Source of the DNA: a virus
Lineage: Duplodnaviria > Caudoviricetes
DNA length: 34,086 nucleotides
Strand: one strand, 5' to 3'
Virus record (IMG/VR): IMGVR_UViG_3300044670_001784
Location: 1-34,086 of that record
The notes beneath the pieces were generated by a model. That model saw only the letters and a program-made list of their open reading frames with translations. It was not told the origin of the DNA and did not search any database. Below are positions 7,723 through 13,779 of this stretch, one piece after another. A program made the position numbers and the translations under genes. Every line of letters begins with the position of its first letter. Position 1 is the stretch's first letter.

Positions 7723-7778
7723 TGGTACAGACAGCGGCGAAAGCGTGGACAGTATTGGATAAGGAGATAACGAAGTGA
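6771..7778 (+). CDS. C5-cytosine DNA methyltransferase, alpha frame (motifs I-VIII and X)
   Basis: Motif I FCTGYAG, IV GYPCQPFS, VI ENVEG, VIII HQRKRVY, X RLRLLGNSVV; no motif IX in this frame; RBS GAGGT at 6755-6759. Confidence 0.9.
   Translation: MDTTKQPKSVISFCTGYAGIERGLELAGLELRTLSYVEIEAFAIANLVAKMESGSLDPSPVWSNLKTFPAHLFRDRVDILTSGYPCQPFSAAGKRAGKDDPRHLWPYIREHIDTMRPVRCFFENVEGHISLGLREVIEDLEELGYKTTWGIFSASEVGAPHQRKRVYILADSDSKRWAKHDSKQGSSSKGKRTDTGRGQTIRSGAIGAVADSDSNGQRPRTRQEQPTRHSAGQRSSDSSSVESERMVADSSSTRSSTRLSRPERSDKERHSEVANNSSDRSGWRQSADQWATEPGLGRVVDGCPDRVDRLRLLGNSVVVQTAAKAWTVLDKEITK
7276..7532 (+). repeat. Three direct repeats TGGCCGACTCC inside the methyltransferase
   Basis: Copies start at 7276, 7396 and 7510 (spacing 120 and 114 nt, both multiples of 3); they read WPTP in the beta frame and ADS in the alpha frame. 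Confidence 0.85.
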
Positions 7779-7906
7779 CAAAAATATACGTCCAAGTAGA
7801 CCCAGAAGATTTGGATCGATTCGTCCAGGTGCAGGAAGAAATAGCCGACATGCTGTCGCGATTTTTGATGATTGCTGAAGAGTTGCTTGATGAAAAAGAG
7901 GACTAA
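7775..7906 (+). CDS. Small acidic hypothetical protein (43 aa)
   Basis: Not in the ORF track; AAGGAG RBS; GTGA overlap with the MTase stop; MTKIYVQVDPEDLDRF...LLDEKED. Confidence 0.65.
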   Translation: MTKIYVQVDPEDLDRFVQVQEEIADMLSRFLMIAEELLDEKED

Positions 7907-8075
7907 ACAAGCAATCAATTTGCCGCCTTTGGAGTTCAAGCACCCCAGGCAAAGTTGCGGATACTGCGCCAATCTGGTCTTTGATTACTGCACGATCTTT
8001 AAAGACAAGGTGCCGATGAAATTTATCCGCAAACAAAACGATTGCGAGCATTTTGATGACCCGTTCACCGCATAG
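7890..8075 (+). CDS. Small Cys-rich protein
   Basis: CGYC...C...C pattern; ATG at 7890 overlaps the end of the previous ORF. Confidence 0.6.
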   Translation: MKKRTKQAINLPPLEFKHPRQSCGYCANLVFDYCTIFKDKVPMKFIRKQNDCEHFDDPFTA

Positions 8076-8298
8076 TTATTCAGAAAAATTCTACAAGAAG
8101 TGCCCATGTTGCACCAACTGGATAAAGATACGAACGACGATGTGCCAGGCATGCCATCGATTAAAACAGAACAACGATTTAGAACGAGTGATGTGCAAGC
8201 CGGCAGACAAGTGGATAAGGGCGCGATGGCGTCCAGGTAAATTTAGTGAAGAGGAGCAGGAATATGAGCGAAGCTTTCAGCAAGCAAGTTGGAGGTAG
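8056..8298 (+). CDS. Small Zn-finger-like protein
   Basis: CPCC...CQAC; overlaps both neighbours in an operon-like way; start uncertain. Confidence 0.55.
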   Translation: MTRSPHSYSEKFYKKCPCCTNWIKIRTTMCQACHRLKQNNDLERVMCKPADKWIRARWRPGKFSEEEQEYERSFQQASWR

Positions 8299-8545
8299 TC
8301 ATTATAAAGGGTTTGCGATTGAGCCGATTCGATTCTGTCAGAAAAATGGATTAGGCGCAGCGGAAAGTAGCATCGTTAAATACGCATGCAGATGGAAGCG
8401 AAAGCACCGCAACCTTGATGACCTGCGCAAAATTATTCATTACGCAGAACTATTGATCGCGATGGAAATGGAAAACCCAAAGCATGAAGAAGAAGCGTTT
8501 AGGAATGAGCGCAGCTTTAAGAATTTCAGTGAGAAAGAAAAATGA
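8264..8545 (+). CDS. DUF3310 (SaV-like / T7 gp1.7-like) protein
   Basis: QVGGSHYK..IEPI...VKYACRWKRK...DLRKIIHYAELLI signature; AGGAG RBS. Confidence 0.85.
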   Translation: MSEAFSKQVGGSHYKGFAIEPIRFCQKNGLGAAESSIVKYACRWKRKHRNLDDLRKIIHYAELLIAMEMENPKHEEEAFRNERSFKNFSEKEK

Positions 8546-8655
8546 AAAAGAGACGATGGGGCGATAACTATTCACAAACGAATGACCAGGCGTGGTTATT
8601 CATTCTTGCTGCTATGATCGTTTGTGCCGGGAGTGTTGCATGGACCTGGCTATAG
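8542..8655 (+). CDS. Small membrane peptide (37 aa)
   Basis: Not in the ORF track; ATGA overlap; basic N-terminus followed by hydrophobic AWLFILAAMIVCAGSVAWTWL. Confidence 0.6.
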   Translation: MKKRRWGDNYSQTNDQAWLFILAAMIVCAGSVAWTWL

Positions 8656-8870
8656 ATTACGATTTGCTTTCCGAGAAAATTGCTTTGCAAATCAGCAAGG
8701 CGCCAAAGGACCATGAAGTATTGTGGAATGCGCAAGAATGCGCAGACTACCTGCATTTTAAGAAGCGATACTTTGCAGAGAAACTTGCGAAGCAACCAGG
8801 CTTTCCTAAAACCAGAGGCACTGGCGCACTTTGGCTCAAAGCTGACATCGTTCGCTGGGCCAAAGGTTAA
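8640..8870 (+). CDS. xis: Excisionase / AlpA-like recombination directionality factor
   Basis: LWNAQECADYL...QPGFPK...LWLKADIVRW winged-helix pattern; convergent with the integrase; GGGAG RBS. Confidence 0.75.
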   Translation: MDLAIDYDLLSEKIALQISKAPKDHEVLWNAQECADYLHFKKRYFAEKLAKQPGFPKTRGTGALWLKADIVRWAKG

Positions 8871-9847
8871 AGTAACTGTCGTAGCTCTCTCGCATCCTTG
8901 TTGTAATAGGTCATTAGTTGTTTGATGTCTCTGTGGCCCGTCACCCGGGCCAGGTCTAACACTTGTAACTTACCTGCCAGCCTGGTCGTTGCTTCATGTC
9001 GCGCATCATGAAACGTCAAGTTATCGATTGCGCAGTGCGCGACAGCCTTCCTGAACATTGTACTGACTACGCCAGCAGAGACGCCTAGCATCGTTTCTTT
9101 CGTGCGTTCTAGTCTTTGTATTAACTCTATCGCCCGGTCAGACAACGGCACGTTGCGAGATACGGCTGTCTTTGTGATTGTATGTGGCAAGGATATATAG
9201 CCCTCGTCAAGATGCACATCCGACCACTTCACCCGCGCAAGCTCTCCCTGGCGCATCGCTGTCTCTAAAGCAACCAAGAATGCTATCGCGACTTTTTGAC
9301 GTTGCGCGGTTATGGGTTGGTCATCTGAGTAATTTAGCGCGACCAGCAATTGCTCTATCTCTTGATCACTGATCCGACGATTGCGTGGCTCAGGGTCTTT
9401 TGGCCGCATCAAATCAGTCATTGGATTGTGCGTCATCATGCGCCAGCGCCTGGCGTACTTGAAGATATTACTGATCAAATTAAGATCGCGATTCATCGTG
9501 CTTGGTTCGATCTCTTTTAATCGATCATCGATGAGGCGCTCGACATCCTCTCGCTGTATGTTGGTCAGTTTACGATCAAACAATCCAGGATACCTGCGCG
9601 CATACATATCCAAACGAATACGCTCCTTTTGTGCGCCTCGCTTGGTTTCGCTCACCTCTCGCTTGTAGCGCTCGCAGAGCTCGCGAAGCGTACCAGTGGC
9701 TATCGCGACTCCAGTGTCTCGCGTCACCATCTCCGCAGCCCAGGCTTGCGCCTGGCGCTTTGTGTCGAATGTTTTAGATTTTCGGCGCCCACCGACTTGA
9801 ATTTGCGCCTGCCATCGATTGCCTCGCTTCTGATAAGTGCCCTTCAT
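8867..9847 (-). CDS. int: Tyrosine integrase (Rci/HP1-like subfamily)
   Basis: LETAMRQGEL, TKT, FHDARHEATTRL and GHRDIKQLMTYY catalytic motifs; AGGAGG RBS favours ATG 9847 over 9886. Confidence 0.93.
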   Translation of the reverse strand: MKGTYQKRGNRWQAQIQVGGRRKSKTFDTKRQAQAWAAEMVTRDTGVAIATGTLRELCERYKREVSETKRGAQKERIRLDMYARRYPGLFDRKLTNIQREDVERLIDDRLKEIEPSTMNRDLNLISNIFKYARRWRMMTHNPMTDLMRPKDPEPRNRRISDQEIEQLLVALNYSDDQPITAQRQKVAIAFLVALETAMRQGELARVKWSDVHLDEGYISLPHTITKTAVSRNVPLSDRAIELIQRLERTKETMLGVSAGVVSTMFRKAVAHCAIDNLTFHDARHEATTRLAGKLQVLDLARVTGHRDIKQLMTYYNKDARELRQLL

Positions 9848-9856
9848 GACCCCTCC

Positions 9857-10080
9857 TGCTGCAATTTTTGCTGCATTCTGCTGCATTTTGCTGCGTGAAA
9901 ACGTGTATGAAGGTGTATCTAAAAGGTTTACAGAGCAAATGTAAAGCCCTGAAACCCCTATATTATGGGGCTTTAGGTGTATAGGTGGGTATTAGTGTAG
10001 AGGGGAATGGTGCCCGGGGCCGGGGTCGAAGAAGCCCGTTTTTACTGGGCTCAAAGGACGGTTGCTGTAATTTTGCTGTA
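9857..10080. mobile_element. attP region with arm-type repeats
   Basis: TGCTGC(A/G) at 9857, 9869, 9879 and 9889; TTGCTGTA at 10062 and 10073 on the other side of the core; (AG)GTGTA repeats at 9903, 9911, 9975 and 9994. Confidence 0.75.
10008..10030 (-). other. attP core: 3' 23 nt of a tRNA (probably tRNA-Leu)
   Basis: Minus strand TTCGACC-CCGGC-CCCGGGC-A-CCA = T-loop(7)+T-stem(5)+acceptor(7)+discriminator+CCA; the upstream sequence is not tRNA-like. Confidence 0.85.
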
Positions 10081-10100
10081 GTTCATCGCATAGGCGCCTC

Positions 10101-12143
10101 CTATTGCATCATTAAACCTTGTTGCGCTGAGTTTAAATTAGCCGGTGCAATCTCTGCGCCGAATCGACCACTCATTGATCCTACATTACCTGGGCCGGTC
10201 AATCCTTGTCCAAGTAGCGGCAGGATTTGCGGCAAGATTGATGGCGCATTGCGCTGGATCGATTGTAGCATTGTGCCGCGACCCAGGTCTGACAATATTT
10301 TCGGCAGTATTGCTGGGTCTGTTTCGGTCAGCACCCTGGCTATTTCAGCAGAGGCAGCGCGCAATTTTTGATCAGTTTGTGTCTGGTTGCTTTCTCTCAA
10401 GCTCGACATAATCAAATCGATTGCAGAGGTTGGAGGTGTTGCACCTTCCGCCTGGTTCCTGAATTGCCTCATCAGCTCAGATCGCTGGGCAGTCAAGCTG
10501 TTGGCGCCTGCTCTTTCTGTGACGGCCATGTTGCTCTCGCGACCCAGGTTATCCATGAACACGTCAAACGCCTGATCACCGTCCTTGCCGCTTGGAAATG
10601 CCAGGCGCATGAGGCGCCTGCGTGTTTCTGTCTTCATCACGTTTCTGGCAATGTTAGCAGACTCAACACTGTTATTAAATTGATCTTGCAGGTTCTGCAA
10701 AGCACCCAGGCGAAAAGCTTCCTTCTCGCTTTTGTCCATCCTCATCAGGTCTGCGGCAAGTTCGTCACCATCTTCTGAAAGCAACCCTCGACCTCTTTTC
10801 ATGGCCTCCATGACACTGCTATCACCCGCGTACAAATTTCGGGCTCTCGCGTACATTGGATTAGCATCATCGAGCATCTCTAAAAATTCAGAGCGAAGGT
10901 CGCGCACTGCGTTAACTTCTGTTGCACCAACGCCCTCGCTGGGAATTTTAGGAAATGCGACATCATCCAGACCCTGTTTCATATAATGCAAAAAGCGCGT
11001 GTTAATTGCAGATACCGGGGCACCGTCAGCGTCAACGATTCTGCCCTGTGGGGTAATGCGCAAACGCATAGCAACCGGGTCTTTTTGATTGCCTGCGATC
11101 CGCACTGCGTTTTGATACGCCTGTTGCATTGCTGGCGTTCTCATCAGTTCTTGTAGTTCTGGCGTGAAAGGTACATCAAGTTTATTTGCTGCACCGTACA
11201 GCTTGTCAGCAGTGCTTTTACGAGCGGCCTTCATCGCTTGGAAATCGTTGTAGAAATTGGCGCGCTGTCCGAATGCGTCTTGCAGGATAGTGCCTAGTCG
11301 AGCGTTCCTGCCCTTCATCCTTTCTTGCAAAAAACGATTGGCTGTTAGTTTGCCTGGACCTGGCATCACTGACAATACATCAATCAGCGCTTGCGTATTG
11401 CTGCCCAGGTCTGCAAGAGTCACTTGCTTGCCTGCTTGCTGGCCGATGAACGCGACAGCTTCATCTACTGACATGCCGTCAGCCTCAATTTGTTGAATCA
11501 GCGTCTGTCTTGCCAGGTTGACGCCTTCCCGGTCTGATGCCTTCTTTGACGAGTTAAACAGCGCACGATAAACAGGACTGACTAAACGTTTACCGAATTG
11601 GTCTATCACAAGCTGAGAAACGCCACCAAGAGAACCGCCAATTGCAGCACCGTCCGCCCTATCTATCGCGTTACCCTCATCAGCCATAAAACCACTAACT
11701 AAGCCAGTGCCGACAGCTTCAGCTCCGCGAGCTAAAGCGGTACGCCCGGCGCCCAGAGGTCCAAGCGCAAGACCGCCAGCAGCCTCTAATGCTAAAGCCT
11801 TTCCTTGGTTTTCTTCTCTATACTGATTTATTGTTCCTCGCTCTAACGCGATGCCAACATCTGACGAAGACACGTTCGCGTCTGGAAATCCTTTGTTAAC
11901 AGTGTCAGCAATCATTGAGCTGTCATTACCAAGTAAAGATCGCGTGAATCCCATCAACTCATCAGATGAGCTTAATGATGCTCCTTGCAAAATCAGGCCA
12001 ACTTCCGCAGGCGCTAAAGAACCATTTTCTATGGCTTTTAGCATTTGCAAACCTGTCCCTTCGGCTGGCAATCTTCCTGCCTTTTGGCTTTCTTTTAATC
12101 GTTTGTACAAGCTATCTATATAAAACTGGGTGCTTTCAGCCAT
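10101..12143 (-). CDS. Putative internal virion / DNA ejection protein
   Basis: 680 aa, helical and Ala/Gly-rich; last gene of the late operon, where podoviruses encode ejection proteins. Confidence 0.65.
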   Translation of the reverse strand: MAESTQFYIDSLYKRLKESQKAGRLPAEGTGLQMLKAIENGSLAPAEVGLILQGASLSSSDELMGFTRSLLGNDSSMIADTVNKGFPDANVSSSDVGIALERGTINQYREENQGKALALEAAGGLALGPLGAGRTALARGAEAVGTGLVSGFMADEGNAIDRADGAAIGGSLGGVSQLVIDQFGKRLVSPVYRALFNSSKKASDREGVNLARQTLIQQIEADGMSVDEAVAFIGQQAGKQVTLADLGSNTQALIDVLSVMPGPGKLTANRFLQERMKGRNARLGTILQDAFGQRANFYNDFQAMKAARKSTADKLYGAANKLDVPFTPELQELMRTPAMQQAYQNAVRIAGNQKDPVAMRLRITPQGRIVDADGAPVSAINTRFLHYMKQGLDDVAFPKIPSEGVGATEVNAVRDLRSEFLEMLDDANPMYARARNLYAGDSSVMEAMKRGRGLLSEDGDELAADLMRMDKSEKEAFRLGALQNLQDQFNNSVESANIARNVMKTETRRRLMRLAFPSGKDGDQAFDVFMDNLGRESNMAVTERAGANSLTAQRSELMRQFRNQAEGATPPTSAIDLIMSSLRESNQTQTDQKLRAASAEIARVLTETDPAILPKILSDLGRGTMLQSIQRNAPSILPQILPLLGQGLTGPGNVGSMSGRFGAEIAPANLNSAQQGLMMQ

Positions 12144-13423
12144 TACGGTGTTTCCCCCTCAAGAGCGTTTACTACGTTATCAAGATTAGGTTCCTTACCC
12201 ATTGCAGCGCTCGCTCTAGCTTTTAACTGAAATAATGATTTTGACAAATATCCTTCGCTTTTTTGAACTTCCATTACCTTTCTTTGTAGTAGCCTGCGAT
12301 ATGAAAGAGGGTCTGTTCTGAGCAACTGCTCGTTATCGTCTTGAAATTGCATAACACTATTAGCCATTATTTCATCTCTATCCAGCTTCAGCTTGATCGT
12401 TTCAATCAATATTCTGTTGCCCTCTACAGTCTTAGAAAGACCTGGCGCTGAATCTAAAATTAATTGCAAGTCAGTGTCTGTTGGATTTGAACCTAACGAC
12501 TTAACTAATGGCAGAGCAATTTGATTTGCAATAGAATTAAAAACTAATTCAAAAGAAGGGTCTTTTACATTTAAACCAAGATCGATACCTAATCCCCTAG
12601 CTGCCGCTAATAAACCCTGGGCAGAACCTGTTTGCGTACCAGAATCAAGTAATGCCGTTAGTTGATTTAGACTTGCTCTTTGCGACCCTGCACCAGCCAT
12701 ATTGTCAAAAATTGGGTCGGTAATTCCGTTGATTTTTGTAATTGCATTTTCATATAATTTTATGCTGGTAGAAGCATTTAGTTCTCTGTCAGATTTAAGT
12801 TCTGCTTTCTGGCGGTTAAACTGCTCTATTGATGTTGGCCCCGGTGGTAACCGCAGTGGTCCCTGGCCTGGAGGCATAGACCCCAATATTTCTTGAGCTT
12901 GATTTAAATTATTAGCTCGCTGACTCATTGAAAGATTGTATTGTTGTAACTCTGACGGCAATTGGTAAGGACTACTACGCTCACCAGTCAACGAATTCAC
13001 TTGGTATGGATTACCGTAAGCATCGTTTTGTACTTCGCCCTGCATTCCAAGCACGATTTCTTCTAAAGCTTCGTTGCTTAAATTTTCAACCTGATTAGCT
13101 GGCAAACCAAATTCGTTTACCAACATACCAGCCAACGCTTCACGCCTATTCATTAGCTGTATATCTTGGTTAAAATCATACTGATTCATAATCGATTGCT
13201 GTCTGCGCAAAATGTCTTGCGGAGAATCTTTCATGCCCAGTGAGACTTGCAGCGGATTAAGAATCTTACGCTGCATAAAGTTACCCAGAAATCCCTTATC
13301 TTCCTGCGGGTACATGGTTGGCAATTGCGGTGTTTGTCCGGCTGGCGCCATCTGGCCGCCTTGCAATTGCCCAAGCAATAATTTCTTTTGCTCGTCAGTA
13401 AGCGAATTAATATCAAAATCCAT
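12143..13423 (-). CDS. Putative internal virion / DNA ejection protein
   Basis: About 426 aa, Gln/Leu-rich; TAATG coupling to the next gene; ATG 13423 preferred as start. Confidence 0.6.
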   Translation of the reverse strand: MDFDINSLTDEQKKLLLGQLQGGQMAPAGQTPQLPTMYPQEDKGFLGNFMQRKILNPLQVSLGMKDSPQDILRRQQSIMNQYDFNQDIQLMNRREALAGMLVNEFGLPANQVENLSNEALEEIVLGMQGEVQNDAYGNPYQVNSLTGERSSPYQLPSELQQYNLSMSQRANNLNQAQEILGSMPPGQGPLRLPPGPTSIEQFNRQKAELKSDRELNASTSIKLYENAITKINGITDPIFDNMAGAGSQRASLNQLTALLDSGTQTGSAQGLLAAARGLGIDLGLNVKDPSFELVFNSIANQIALPLVKSLGSNPTDTDLQLILDSAPGLSKTVEGNRILIETIKLKLDRDEIMANSVMQFQDDNEQLLRTDPLSYRRLLQRKVMEVQKSEGYLSKSLFQLKARASAAMGKEPNLDNVVNALEGETP

Positions 13424-13775
13424 ATGGACCCCCAAGATTTTGTTGCGCCGAATTTAAATAGCCAGGCTGATTACCGGCGAAAGGTGGCGTACTCAAAGGT
13501 TGATTTGGGAAAGTTAGCTGCGGCATTGGTTGCATGCCTGGTCCTTGCGACTGATTCAAAATCTGATTGCGCATGTACTCCTCGTACTCTTCAGGCGTCA
13601 TTGTGGCTGCCGCGACTGCCGGGCTATTCATGATGCGATCTTTTATCATGCCGCCGATCTGCGCGGGATCATCGAGTAATGATTTACCCGTATCTATATT
13701 ATCTTGAATGCCGCCGAGCTTTTTTTGTATTTTTTTCGTAACAAGATTTTGCATCAAATTTGCAATGTTAAACAT
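13413..13775 (-). CDS. Putative small internal virion protein
   Basis: 120 aa with a Q/P/M-rich tail, in the ejection-gene cluster. Confidence 0.55.
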   Translation of the reverse strand: MFNIANLMQNLVTKKIQKKLGGIQDNIDTGKSLLDDPAQIGGMIKDRIMNSPAVAAATMTPEEYEEYMRNQILNQSQGPGMQPMPQLTFPNQPLSTPPFAGNQPGYLNSAQQNLGGPYGF

Positions 13776-13779
13776 TGTT

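Noticed and set aside
7038-7972. Antisense ORFs of 139 and 202 aa over the methyltransferase
   Set aside because: They have no motifs or evident RBS and oppose the operon direction; probably shadows of the doubly constrained sense strand.
8867-9847. Shufflon/invertase system (Rci-like recombinase)
   Set aside because: The gene sits beside xis and a tRNA-type attP, and no inverted crossover repeats or alternative fibre tips were seen.
9848-9886. N-terminal extension of the integrase (MQQNAAKIAAGGV)
   Set aside because: It is merely the translation of the TGCTGCA arm repeats; a strong AGGAGG RBS precedes ATG 9847.
10008-10030. Complete tRNA gene
   Set aside because: Only the T-loop to CCA is present; the 5' T-stem strand, anticodon arm and D-arm are absent, so this is an att core.
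9985-10778. Plus-strand ORFs crossing attP and the last late gene
   Set aside because: They run through the att core or antisense to a long real gene, and show no recognisable protein features.
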